64,000 bases of DNA. Origin: Octopus sinensis. Lineage: Eukaryota. Shown in pieces: positions 1 to 13,144 of the stretch. The position numbers and the translations under genes were made by a program. Position 1 is the first letter of the stretch, and each line of letters begins with the position of its first letter. A model generated the notes under the pieces. The model saw only the letters and a program-made list of their open reading frames with translations. It searched no databases and was not told the DNA's origin. The DNA lies in the NCBI RefSeq assembly GCF_006345805.1, contig NW_021831859.1, positions 87 through 64,086 on the forward strand. Direction: 5' to 3'.

Positions 1-29
1 CGGTTTAAAATCATTCCAGTACAATCTAA

Positions 30-660
30 AAAAGCAGAGCTCTTAACAATAATATCAGATTAAAGTTTCTGAAAACACTTGTCTGATTTTAGCACCGTAT
101 GGATCTGGGAGCTTGGTCCAAAGAGCAAAAGACACGGCCAAACTGGAAGCATTTGGAACAATGTGGCACCGAAGAGAACTGAGGGTGCGCTGGACTAATT
201 ATTGAAGATTTGTTGGAGTTAACGAAGTCTGCCATCGAAGAGGAGGAGGAAGCGCTAGATCTAGAGGAAGAGGAAGGTGGGGTGGGTCTGGCAGTCGAAC
301 GTCTGTCCGACCATTGCGTCCACAAGATGTTGGAAAGAGTTCCGAATATAAGTCCAACTAATTATTGGACTAATTATTGAAGAAACGAATCAGTCCTCGT
401 ACTTGTAGAAATAGGGAAAAAAAGAGAATTTTTAGCAACTTTCGAAGAGAAAAAAAATCTACAGTAATTTGGATCTTTCATGAGGGCCCAGAATCTCAGT
501 ATCCACATCCTGGAAATGAGGAAAGGTGGTGGGGGGCGAGAAGACATTGGCTGGCAACATCAAAGACTGGATCGGAAGACCTCTGGTTGAATATTTAATA
601 GATGAAGAGAGACGGTGCATTCATCCATGGTCCCCGACTTTCAGTAAGAACGATAAATCT
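30..660 (+). mobile_element. Degraded RTE-clade LINE, RT C-terminal region
   Basis: Broken-frame peptides IRLKFLKTLV, PYGSGS..KLEAF..RRELRVRWT and GNIKDWIGRPLVE resemble RTE YGCESW..KLEAFE..W motifs. Confidence 0.6.
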
Positions 661-937
661 TTTATTTGTTACTTGTTTCAGTCGTTACACTGTGGCCATG
701 CTGGGGCACCACATCCAGGATTTTTTATTTGAATGAATTGACACCAAGACTTATCTTTTTAAGCCTTTCGCTTCCTTTTTGCCGAACCGCTCATATTACA
801 GGGACATAAACGCACCAACACCGGTTGTAGTGCCTTAGTGGGGAGGTCAATCACGAACGCAGACACACACACACACACACACACATAACAACAGATGGAT
901 AATGTATCAATTCACTACAGCTGTTTCCAACGAACTT

Positions 938-981
<44 letters not shown>

Positions 982-987
982 CACGCA

Positions 988-1432
988 CAGTGGTTCCCCG
1001 ATATTTGTGGGGGTTACGTTCCTAGAACACCCGCAAATAATGAAAAACCGCGAATACTGGACGTGGTCCATAAAAATGCCTATAATGTCAAAATATAACG
1101 TAAAATATTATATATATATAATCTTATAAAAAATAAAGTAAAATAGTTCTCACCAATAATGAATGATATTGATTTAAGGCGATGGGGATGACATTAATGA
1201 AGGAAATGAGCGCGCACCGAAGAAGATTTAAAACTCTTCAGGTGACGCCTCTTCTTCAGGTGTTTTAGGGGATGTCGTCGTATCTCCGTGCAAGGCTTTC
1301 TTTGCGACCTTAAGAAAAATTGTGATGGGAAGTTGGTGACGTTGTTACTTCGCTGGTGGTTGGTTGAGAAGAGTTTTATATGTCCGCATGGCAGCATCGA
1401 TGGCATTTTTAAATTGGAGAGACCGAACCGTG

Positions 1433-1437
<5 letters not shown>
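988..1437 (-). mobile_element. Tigger/pogo-like transposon 3-prime fragment
   Basis: Terminus CAGTGGTTCCCCGATATTT; minus-strand peptide VRSLQFKNAIDAAMRTYKTLL..QLPITIFL resembles a Tigger transposase C-terminus as I recall it. Confidence 0.55.
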
Positions 1438-1466
<29 letters not shown>

Positions 1467-1635
1467 AAGGTGATGATGATGATGATTAAGGTGATGATGG
1501 TGATGATGATGATGACGATGATGATGATAAGGAGGAGGAGGAAGAAAAAGAAGAAGGAGGAGGAGGAGGAGGAGGAGGAGGAGCAGAAGAAGGAGGAGGA
1601 GGAGGATGAGGTGGAGGAGAAGAAGAAGAAGAATG
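1434..1635. repeat. Compound (GAT)n/(GAG)n/(GAA)n array
   Basis: Direct inspection. Confidence 0.95.
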
Positions 1636-1814
1636 ATTTCAAGTTATGGCACAAGGCCAGCAATTTCGGGGGAGGCTTAAGTCGATTACATCGACTCCAA
1701 TACTCAACTGGTACTTATTTTATCGAGCCGAAAAACAATGAGTCCAACAAACCGACGAACGAAACAGCATGCATTTTGTTGGACTCATTATTATGAATAA
1801 AAATTATATACGCA

Positions 1815-1850
<36 letters not shown>

Positions 1851-2045
1851 GACCCCAGTGTTCAACAGGTACTTATTTCATTGACCACGGAAGGATGAAA
1901 TGAAGAGAAGGGGTAAAGAAATAATAAGTAGAGAACAAATAAAGGAGAAATATAGAGGGATATGTTGCTTGAAAAAAGGGTCAAAGGCCTGGAAGTAGAT
2001 TTCTGTATTGAAGCAAAGTGCAAGGTGAACTAAATGTTCAAGCTA

Positions 2046-2315
2046 TACAGACTGGTTTTAATCACTTATATGAACTAAAGGTGTGTTTCTGCCAGTGTTT
2101 ACATTTGTAAGATAGCTCTTATAAGTGTGTTAACGAAGTGATTCTTAGAGAAGAGAATAAGGAAGAGTTCAGAGTTGCAAATGTTACAAAATCCCTTGCC
2201 CTTATCATAAGGGAAAGAGATGGACAGATGGACACTTATAGAGCGATCTTACAAATGTAAGCATTGGCAGAAACACACCTTTAGCTCATATAAGTGATTT
2301 ATACCTGTCTGAAAC
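2046..2315. repeat. Foldback inverted repeat
   Basis: About 68-nt arms at 2060-2128 and 2232-2299 with few mismatches; hairpin CCCTTAT-C-ATAAGGG in the spacer. Confidence 0.8.
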
Positions 2316-2434
2316 CGGTACTAAAATGTTCTTCATGATAAAATTATTTTAGCATTTTTCTACCTTCTCTTATTTTCCTTATACATGTCAGCTCGTGTGT
2401 TCCTTTTCAACATTATACATACTTTTTTTTCTTT

Positions 2435-2836
2435 TATCTTTTACTTGTTTCAGTCATTTGACTGCGGCCATGCTGGAGCACCGCCTTTAATCGAGCAACT
2501 CGACCCCGGGACTTATTCTTTGTAAGCCCAGTACTTATTCTATCGGTCTCTTTTGCCGAACCGCTAATTGACGGGGACGTAAACACATCAGCATCGGTTG
2601 TCAAGCAATGTTAGGGGGACAAACACGGACACACAAACACACATGCACACATATATATATACATACATATATACGACGGGATTCTTTCAGTTTCCGTCTA
2701 TCAAATCCACTCACAAGACTTTGGTCGGCCCGAGGCTATAGAAGAAGACACTTGCCCAAGATGCCACGCAGTGGGTTTGAACCCGGAACCATGTGGTTGG
2801 TAAACAAGCTACTTACCACACAGCCACTCCTGCGCC
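2435..2836 (-). mobile_element. Composite tRNA-derived SINE (CORE-like CCTTGGGCAAGT, internal microsatellite)
   Basis: Family head GGAGTGGCTGTGTGGTAAG..GGTTCAGTCCCAC, internal (TA/TG)n, tail ..CAGTCAAATGACTGAAACAAGTAAAAGAG; many copies in the window. Confidence 0.8.
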
Positions 2837-2955
2837 TAACAAAATAAAACTTATTTTATTCAAAACTGCGTTGAAAAATGAGTGCATTTTTCGCCCTTAT
2901 ATCTCCCACTTGATTTGTACGGATAACTTTACAGCACATGTTTATATATGCTTAG

Positions 2956-3038
<83 letters not shown>

Positions 3039-3429
3039 CTTTATGTATACCTGTATACATATACGAGGTATGAATTTAAAACATTTTTCTTAGCTGAGAA
3101 TTCAACAGACGCTGCTGAGACAGTGAGATAATTCTGCCAAAATATTCCAGACTGTGTGTTTTAGGCAAGAAGGGGGAAAAAAACTAACTCCTTAAATAGC
3201 TTATGTACTGTTCTCAGCTGAATGACAATAAATATTTTAAAAAGAAAGAAAGAAAGAAGGAAAGAAAGATGTTTAAATTATATACACCTTGCGTATTTTC
3301 TTGTTTCTGGTCTATAAAATTATATCTACTTAAACACCACATACAACTACATATATATATATATAGTTGTGTGTACGTATCACATATAATATGCCTGTGC
3401 GTGTATGTATATATATATATACATATATA

Positions 3430-3733
<304 letters not shown>

Positions 3734-4092
3734 GTACATTTCTTGAAGTTTATATGAACTGTCGTACAGTTGATATTTCGGCGTAAAATGCCTTAGTCAT
3801 AGCTTGGAGAAGAACAATTTTCTCGTAGAAAGGAATTAACGTATGCTATCAGTTGTTGAAACTGAGGTATAACCATGGTATCTTTCTTGTTTTGTAACTT
3901 TTGTGAAATGAAAATTCCTAAACATACACCCGACGAAAGAGTTTTATACACACACGCGCGCGCACACATCTCCTTCAGTGATTATCCTGGTGATAATGTC
4001 TCTTGATTTTGTCTCTCTTTCTTCTCTTTCATTCTTCTCTGTTTCTCACAACTCGTTATTGTCGTGCAATAGCAGCAATCAGTCTTTCTCTT

Positions 4093-4142
<50 letters not shown>

Positions 4143-4285
4143 TTCTGTAGTCACTAACAAAAGTAAACACCAAACTAATATCGTATTCACCTAACGCTCA
4201 AGATTTACATTCCGGATTAATGTCCACATCAGTCGGATTAACCTCGTCATACATTAAGGAAGCAGCAACATGCCACAATATTACT

Positions 4286-4328
4286 TCATCCTGAAGATTA
4301 GACTGTGAAGATCTAGAAACGTTGATGG
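4286..4328 (+). ncRNA. Minimal hammerhead-like motif, second family
   Basis: UCAUC-CUGAAGA-U-UAGA[cugugaaga]UCUA-GAAAC-GUU/GAUGG; core intact but 10.1-11.1 is U-A rather than the usual purine-pyrimidine pair. Confidence 0.55.
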
Positions 4329-4875
4329 TGGATTTAAGAAGCTTACTTTTGCCAATAAACTGCAAGGAAATCACCCGACAAAAACTTCCATTAGAAATGA
4401 CAAAAATACATGTTTAAAAGATATCTCTCTGCCCAAATATTCAAATATATATATATATAAAAGTACAAAGTGATGTATATATGTATATATGCATATTCTT
4501 GTATATGTGTACCTTCTTTAATATTCATATTTGCATTTTATATCTTCATTTTATACCTTTATAATTGTACTTTATAATCTCTGACGAGGCCTTGAGATAT
4601 ATATGTATAAGTAACTCATTTTTAACTGTATATTACCTCAATACATCTGACTAATATGGGCATAATGAGATACTCATATCTGTAAGATCCATTTTATATG
4701 TATTATTCTCATGGTATTATCTTACTTATTGATGTATATTGTTTTATTCTGTATTATTCTGTTGGATTTGGATGTTCCTATTTAATCTAAATAATTAGTT
4801 AATAAATTATATGAATTGGTATTATCTGGTAGTTGATGATTGAAAGAAACTTATTCCTCCATTTTCTTATTTTGT

Positions 4876-4992
<117 letters not shown>

Positions 4993-5500
4993 CGTCCAAA
5001 GTTCAAACCCCGTCGGGGTCAACTTTGCTTTTCATCCCTCTCGGACCGGCAAAATGGGGAACCAGTCAGCAACTACAGTTGATGTAATCGGTTAGCTTCT
5101 CCCATTAAAATTGGAGATATTGTACCTTAATAAAATGTGTATATGTACGTATGTATGTTTAAATGTATGTATGTATGTTCGTATGTATATAAGCGATATA
5201 CGACAACACATCCACATGCTTTATAGTATCTCAGTCGTACATAATAACCATACACAGAGAATTTTAAATTAGCTTTCATTACAACACAAACTGAAGTAAA
5301 CTACAACCAGTGCGTGTGTGACTACTGGCAATATGAACGTCCCAACGTAGAACAATATTAGCATACAGCTTCAGATCAAGAATCTTGCAAAACAACTTTA
5401 AAAAAACAATAGAAATTCACCACACCACCGCCTCCCCACTATCAGAATGCAAAAATTAAGTATTTCAGTTTGAAAGCATGCATAATTTTCCATTAACATC

Positions 5501-5565
<65 letters not shown>

Positions 5566-5576
5566 CGGGGGGAGAG

Positions 5577-5675
<99 letters not shown>

Positions 5676-6096
5676 TGTCTTTAGTGTCTTGCTTTATTCT
5701 TACTGTCCTGTTCTTGTTACCATTTTCACCCTCCGCAAAAAATCCCAAATTTTATTTAATTTGCTTTGCGGGAAGGACTGTTTCAACGAAGTCGCGTCTT
5801 GTCCTTACCTTCGTAACGCGGAGTAGATGAAACAGGGACAACTGAAGAAGGGGAATATTCCATATGTTGTATATCTTGTTCGAAAAAAGTTCGTTTCCAT
5901 ATTTTTGTTTTTATGTTTTCGTTTCTCATTGCGTTCAACGTTTTTTTTAATGTCCTGTACCCATATATGCATGTATATATACATATAGATGTAGGTATGT
6001 ACATATATGTATGTATATATGCATATATTTATATATTATTATATTATTATATGATCGAACGCCACGAAGATTTATAATAATTAAAAAAATTAAAGA

Positions 6097-6571
6097 GACA
6101 TACATACATTCATACACACATACATACATACATACATAAATATATACATACATACATACATACATAAATAATACATTCATACATACATGCACAATACATA
6201 CATACATACATACATACATAAATATATACATACATACATACATACATGCATGCATACATACATGCATACATACATACACATACATACATACATGCATACA
6301 TACATACATACATACATACATACATACATACATACACACACACATACATACATACATACATACATACATACACACATACATACATACATACATACATAAA
6401 TATATACATACATACATACATACATAAATAATACATTCATACATACATGCACAATACATACATACATGCATACATACATACACACATACATACATACATA
6501 CATACATACATACACACACACATACATACATACATACATACATACATGCAAACATACATACATACAAACAT

Positions 6572-6604
<33 letters not shown>

Positions 6605-6620
6605 TACATACATACATTTA
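6097..6620. repeat. (TACA)n array with 260-nt higher-order duplication
   Basis: Variant markers at 6131/6391 and 6166/6426. Confidence 0.9.
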
Positions 6621-7042
6621 TATGTGGTGGACATCCATACACTTTCCGTCTATCAAATTCTGAAGGCACTGATCGGCCCGGGTTTATAACGGAAGACACC
6701 TACCCACGGCGCCGTGCAGTGGGACCGAACCCGAATGACGTGGATGCAAAGCAAATTTCTTAACCACACAGCCATAGCCATAATTTCAAATTTAGGCACA
6801 AAGCCACCAACTGCATCGATAATTTATAATCAACAAAATATCGTTCATTTATTGATTAGTGTTTAAAGTTTTTGTAAATTAGAAGACTTTATGTTTTAAA
6901 GTTATCAGACATGTTGAAGATGGAGAAAAAAAACTATTCTAAATTGTATTTGTGATGCGAATATCATTTTACGTAAGAAAGAAAGAATGGAAATATCGGA
7001 GAGACTGAACGTTTGCTAGAATTGTACATCACAGTGATCGAT

Positions 7043-7323
7043 AGTGGTGGTGGTGGTGATGATGATGATGATGAGATGTGATGATGATGATGATGACGAC
7101 GACGACGACGACGACGGCGGTGGTGGTGGTGGTGATGATGATGATGAGGAGGAGGAGGAGGATAATGAAGGGGAAGATAGCGAAGAGAACGATGATGATG
7201 ATGATGGTGGTGGTGGTGGTGGTGGTGGTGGTGGTGATGATGATGATGGTGATGATGATGATGATGGTGGTGATGATGATAATGATGATGATGATGTGGT
7301 GGTGGTGGTGATGGTGATGATCG

Positions 7324-7391
<68 letters not shown>

Positions 7392-7412
7392 GTGGTGATG
7401 ATGATGATGATA

Positions 7413-7445
<33 letters not shown>

Positions 7446-7508
7446 GTGGTGATGATGATGATAATGATGATGATGATGATGATGACGGTGATGATGATAT
7501 CGATGATG

Positions 7509-7591
<83 letters not shown>

Positions 7592-7605
7592 GATGATGAT
7601 GATGA

Positions 7606-7664
<59 letters not shown>

Positions 7665-7710
7665 CGACGACGACAACGTGGACGATGACGATGAAGATGA
7701 CGATTTGTAA
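7043..7710. repeat. Compound (GAT/GGT/GAC/GAG)n array
   Basis: Direct inspection; explains the poly-M/D/H ORFs. Confidence 0.95.
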
Positions 7711-7859
7711 AAGTCAGAGAGCCCAACATAAGCTATTTATGTGAGACGTTAAGCTCTTTTGACCAATATTTTTACTTCCTATTTTTTCTTCTATATGCTG
7801 AAAGCCTGAAATTTAAAGAGGGGGATAGTCAATTATATCGATCCTATAGTCACCTGCAA

Positions 7860-8058
7860 CAAGGACAAACAAGGACAGACAAACAGATTAAGTCAATTAT
7901 ATCGACCCCAGCGCGTAACTGGTACTTATTTAATCGACCCCGAAAGGATGAAAGGCAAAGTAGACCTCGGCGGAATTTGAACTCAGAACGTAACGGCACA
8001 CGAAATACTGCTACGCATTTCGCCCGGCGTGCTAACGATTCTGCCAGCTCGCCGCCTT
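7860..8058 (-). mobile_element. tRNA-derived SINE family A (head GGCGGCGAGCTGGCAGAA, core GCCTTTCATCCTTTCGGGGTCGAT)
   Basis: Many similar copies in both orientations; B-box-like GAGTTCAAATTCC. Confidence 0.8.
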
Positions 8059-8537
8059 AGATCACGAACAAAACGTTACAAGTAACGTATAAGAGGACAT
8101 GCTTTTAAGATGCGCCGGGTGTTGAATTAATGACACAAGGGACATAACTCTTCAATACGCTTATTGGTAGAAAAAGATCAGACGTAGAAATGGTGTGGAT
8201 CCTTCCACAAATGGAAAATGATTGTCAGAGTAGCAATCCTTTGGTGCCTTAATAGGACACACAACACACAACGGCTGGCTTTCTCTTGGAAGCGATATAA
8301 GGAAGAAGAATATAGTAAAATTACACGACGTTCGCTTGGATTAGTTTGTTTTTTAATTCCTTTTAAATTGTCTCCCTTTGATTGATCCCCAAAGTTGCAT
8401 TGAGATTTCGATTCTGGATTCGATAAAATCAGAGGCTTGGATCGATCTGATCGATTCCTTTCTCGCATAAAAAAAAACGGTGAGATTGTTTTTATATTTG
8501 AAATGTTTACGAACCAAATCGAACGCGTTATAACAGA

Positions 8538-8937
8538 ACTAGCAGTATCGCCCGGCGTTGCTCGGGTTTGTTTCGACCCTTTAGAATTGGAATTTTTGAA
8601 AAGTAAAAATTTTGCATTATGTAGCTTGTTATTCTCTTTAAGTGAACATTTTTCTGGTTGAAATACACCGAAAAACGGCGACACAGCAGTCAAAAGATCG
8701 TAAAAAGAATAGGGATTTTCATAGGAAAAAAGCACCTTTTTGATGCAAATAATTTTTGGTGTTAACATGGTCCGATTTTAATTTTTTCTTCTATAGAAGG
8801 AAGAGCAAGCCTTCTTCTATCATACTCTCAATTTTGGCCAACTTGCGCTGCAGGGTCTCGGAGGAGATAGTGTTAGTTGAAGGCTACCAAACCTGCCATA
8901 CACTGAAGACAACTTCAGCTTTATATAGAAAGAGATT
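8538..8937 (+). mobile_element. Non-autonomous Helentron/Helitron-like element, copy 1
   Basis: Starts ACTAGCAGTATCGCCCGGCGTTGCTCGGG; subterminal hairpin CTGAAG-ACAA-CTTCAG; ends TTTATATAGAAAGAGATT. Confidence 0.6.
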
Positions 8938-9152
8938 AACATCCCTTGTATTTTGTATTTTTTACTTTTTTCAGTCGTCGGACTGCGACCATGCTGCAGC
9001 ACCACTTTGAAGGATTTCAGTAGAAGCGAATCGATCCCAGGACTTAGTACTTATTCCATTGTTCTCTGTTTCCGAACCGCTAAGTTATGTGAGCATAGAC
9101 AAACAAACACCAGTTGTCAAGCAGTACAAAGACACATACACACAAACATTTT

Positions 9153-9319
9153 AGGAGTGGCTGTGTGGTAAGTAGCTTGCTTACGAACCACATGAATCCG
9201 GGTTCAGTCCCACTGCGTGGCACCTTGGGCAAGTGTCTTCTACTATAGCCTCGGGCCGACCAAAGCCTTACGAGTGGATTGGATTTGGTAGACGGAAACT
9301 GAAAGAAGCCTGTCGTATT

Positions 9320-9363
<44 letters not shown>

Positions 9364-9560
9364 GGTATTTGTCCCCAAACATCGCTTGGCAACCGATGCT
9401 GGTGTGTTTACGTCCCTGTCACTTAGCAGTTCGGCAAGAGAGACCGATAGAATAAGTACTAGGCTTACAAAGAATAAGTCCTGGGGTCGATTTGCTCGAC
9501 TAAATGCGGTGCTCCAGCATGGCCGCAGTCAAATGACAGAAACAAATAAAAGAAAAAAAG
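9153..9560 (+). mobile_element. Composite SINE copy
   Basis: Same family as 2435-2836. Confidence 0.8.
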
Positions 9561-9844
9561 AAAGAATGTGTGTGTGTGTGTGATCCAGATATTGAAATCT
9601 CGGTCGCTGCACTAAATGTTTAATCAAGCGGAACGAACAAACAACATCATAAACACCCACGAGACTTTTGTCGCCCGGTGGCAATAGAAGAAAATTGCCC
9701 AAGGTGTGTCAGACAGTGGGGATTGAACCCGGAACCATGTGGTGGAAAGCGAACTTCCTCCCACGTATCGAAAATGTTTAATACGTCCATTTTGTTCGCT
9801 GGGTCCATGGGGCCGACAGACAGACGTTTTTTGTTTTTTTGTTT

Positions 9845-10262
9845 TTGGCTGTATGGTAAGTAGCTTGCTAACCAACCACATGGTTCCGGGTTCAGTCCCA
9901 CTGCGTGGCATCTTGGGCAAGTGTCTTCTGCTATAGCCCCGGGCCGACCAATCCCTTGTGAGTGGATTTGGTCGATGGAAACTGAAAGAAGCCTGTCGTA
10001 TATATGTATATATATATATGTATATATGTGTATGTGTGTTTGTGTGTGTGACTGTGTTTGTCCCCCTAGCATTGCTTGACAACCGATGCTGGTGTGTTTA
10101 TGTCCCCGTTACTTAGCGGTTCGGCAAAAGAGACCGATAGAATAAGTACTGGGCTTACAAAAAGAATAAGTCCCGGGGTCGATTTGCTCGATTAAAGGCA
10201 GTGCTCCAGCATTGCCGCAGTCAAATGACTGAAACAAGTAAAAGAGTAAAAAGAGTAAAGAG
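9845..10262 (+). mobile_element. Composite SINE copy
   Basis: Same family as 2435-2836. Confidence 0.8.
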
Positions 10263-10439
10263 ATATTACTTGTTACTCGTTTCATTCTCAAATACATTTA
10301 GAAAATAAACACAAACTCAAATACCAAAAAAGTAACAGAAAATGATAAATTAGTTTTATCTTAATTTCTGTAATGAGAAGTTATCGTTCTTATAAAATGA
10401 TATAACCAGACTAGTGTCACCATCTTTGTCGTTATAGCT

Positions 10440-10668
10440 TTAACTCTTTAGCATTTGAACTGGCCATATCCGGCCAAAAGTATTCTACCTGTTTTATGTT
10501 CAAACTGGCCAGATCTGGTCTCTCACACCAATCCTACAATATCGTTTTAAAAATTAACAGCTACCTCATCAAAATCTCATAGATCTAAGATAATGCATGA
10601 TTAGTTCAAGGCAATGTGGATAAAAAAGGATTCATTTTGGCAGAATAATGCGAACACTAAAGGGTTAA
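10440..10668. mobile_element. piggyBac-type MITE family F
   Basis: TTAA-CCCTTTAG..CTAAAGGG-TTAA type termini; other copies at 36310-36539, 47285-47513, about 55748-55973. Confidence 0.75.
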
Positions 10669-10896
10669 TGCGTCGGCCATTGTGTCGTTGTTTCTTTTGG
10701 TATTTTTCTCGGATGATTCTCATATTTGGGAATATTCTCGGAATTTCGACCTGGACTCTCTATTAAAACTCGTTCAGTTGTTATTTATTAGCAACGCTTC
10801 TGGTTGTGATTTTGTTTGTTCGTTCCGCTTCATTAAATATTTAGTACAGTAGTTTAGCTAGAGGCCGTATTTCAATATCACGATCATATATACAAT

Positions 10897-11190
<294 letters not shown>

Positions 11191-11941
11191 TTTCGGGCGG
11201 GCGGATGGATGTGTGTTCTTTTGACTAAGAAAGATAGTTTCACAAATGAGTTCCTTGGCGCAGGCTGGGACATTGCAACGGTCTTGTTTAAGCTAACAGT
11301 GAGTCCGATTGCAGAAATATGAACCATGAGAATTTACGCCGTCAACCGTATGAACTATTAAGTTGCAATCATCCCCACATGAAGGAGGTCGCGAATAGGC
11401 GACATTCCAAACCTACGCGAATACCACATGGAGTTTAACCGAAACATACACAAACAAATACCTCGGTATATATATATACACCTAGCATTGGGCTTAGTTG
11501 TCCAGCCAAATGCCCATCCCTACATTCCCCACCATACAGTATCAATGCACACATTTCAACCAAATACAAATACTAACTCCTTAATCCGGCACACACTCCC
11601 AGAAAACTCTTGTAGTCTTATGACCTCCCACATGCCATTTGATATCAAGGAATGCAACGCTTCATTTGTCTCTTGTTCAGTTCGTTTCGTCTTCTTTGAC
11701 AACAACCACAACTTGGACGTACTTTTTCACCTCTAATAACAGAGAGCAGTCGCCGCATTTTCTTACATAACTGCTAGCTCTGATGCGTGCAGGGTTACAC
11801 AATGGGGCTGTTATCTAACATCCGGTTTAACACCCAGTGCAAAACCTATTGGTAAGACCAGCCGTAATGGGTATATAATACTGTACACTTCAATATACAT
11901 ATATATATAAATATATATATGGGTTTTTTTGGCTTTTTAGA

Positions 11942-11942
<1 letters not shown>

Positions 11943-11984
<42 letters not shown>

Positions 11985-11991
11985 GGTGGTG

Positions 11992-12033
<42 letters not shown>

Positions 12034-12093
12034 CTGGTGCTGGTGGTAGTGGTGGTGGTGGTGGTAGTAGTAGTAGTAGTGGCGGTGGCGGTG

Positions 12094-12133
<40 letters not shown>

Positions 12134-12220
12134 CGGTGGTGGTGGTGGTGGTAGTAGTAGCGCTGATGGTGGTAACAGCAGCGGCGGCAGCAGTTACAGT
12201 AGTTGCAATAACAGTTGTAG
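11943..12220. repeat. Compound (AGT/GGT/GGC)n array
   Basis: Direct inspection. Confidence 0.95.
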
Positions 12221-12222
12221 CT

Positions 12223-12437
12223 AAGGCGGCGAGCTGGCAGAATCGTTAGCGCGCCGGACAAACTGCTTAGTGGCATTTCGTCCGCCTCCACGTTCTGAGT
12301 TCAAATTCCGTCGAGGTCGACTTTACCTTTCATCTTCCCAAGGTCGATAAAATAAGTACCAGTTGAATACTGGGGGTCAATGTAATCGACTAGCCCGCAC
12401 CTCGAAATTGCAGGCCTTGTGCCAAAATTTGAAATCA
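12223..12437 (+). mobile_element. SINE family A copy
   Basis: Head and core as at 7860-8058. Confidence 0.8.
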
Positions 12438-12454
12438 ATATCAGTTGTTGTAGT

Positions 12455-12858
12455 CTTTTACTTGTTTCAGTCATGTGACTGTGGCCATGCTGGAGCACCG
12501 CCTTTAGTCGAGCAAATCGACCCCAGGACTTATTCTTTGTAAGCCTAGTACTTATTCTATCAGTCTCTTTTGCCGAACCGCTAAGTGACGTGGACATAAA
12601 CACACCAGCATCGGTTGTCAAGCAAAGCTAGGGGGACAAACACAGACACACAAATATACACGCACACACATATATATATATATATACATATATACGACGG
12701 GCTTCTTTCAGTTTCCGTCTACCAAATCCACTCACAAGGCTTTGGTCGTCCTGAGGCTATAGTAGAAGACACTTGCCCAAGGTGCCACGCAGTGGGACTG
12801 AACCCGGAACTATGTGGTTGGTAAACAAGCTACTTACCACACAGCCACACCTGCGCCT
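12455..12858 (-). mobile_element. Composite SINE copy
   Basis: Same family as 2435-2836. Confidence 0.8.
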
Positions 12859-12959
12859 GTGCAGTGTTTAAATCTAAAAGAAATCCTAAACTTAAAATGA
12901 ATTTAACAGTTTTTTGTTATTTTTATTTTCTTTTTTTATGTTATTAAATAACCCTTTCA

Positions 12960-13069
12960 CAAAATGAAATATAATTTTAAATGGTTCGTGTAAAGATCCG
13001 TCACTGACCTCTGCAGTCAAGCAGTTGGTCTCTGTAGTCAAACACAACTTGTACAAAGTCAAGGACAAA
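12960..13069 (+). promoter_or_regulatory. Probable promoter / 5-prime UTR of IDH3G
   Basis: Unique sequence just upstream of exon 1; visibly more CpG dinucleotides at about 12960-13400 than in the flanks. TSS not determined. Confidence 0.4.
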
Positions 13070-13144
13070 ATGTCGGTCTGTCATTTCGTGTCAAACAATT
13101 GTCTGACTGTTTTGAGTCGTTTGGGACGTCGATGTATCTTAAAT
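13070..13144 (+). CDS. IDH3G: IDH3G exon 1 (MSVCHFVSNNCLTVLSRLGRRCILN), start of putative mitochondrial presequence
   Basis: caaaATG context, Arg-rich with no acidic residues, perfect donor GTAAGT at 13145, phase 0. Assigned by position and composition, not homology. Confidence 0.75.

Noticed and set aside
4576-4600. CTCTGACGAGGCC, a hammerhead 5-prime half
   Set aside because: No closing stem II or GAAA follows; at most a truncated remnant.
8178-8768. 196-aa minus-strand ORF, and a plus-strand donor at 8480
   Set aside because: Half of the ORF is the Helentron-like repeat; the rest has no recognisable domain.
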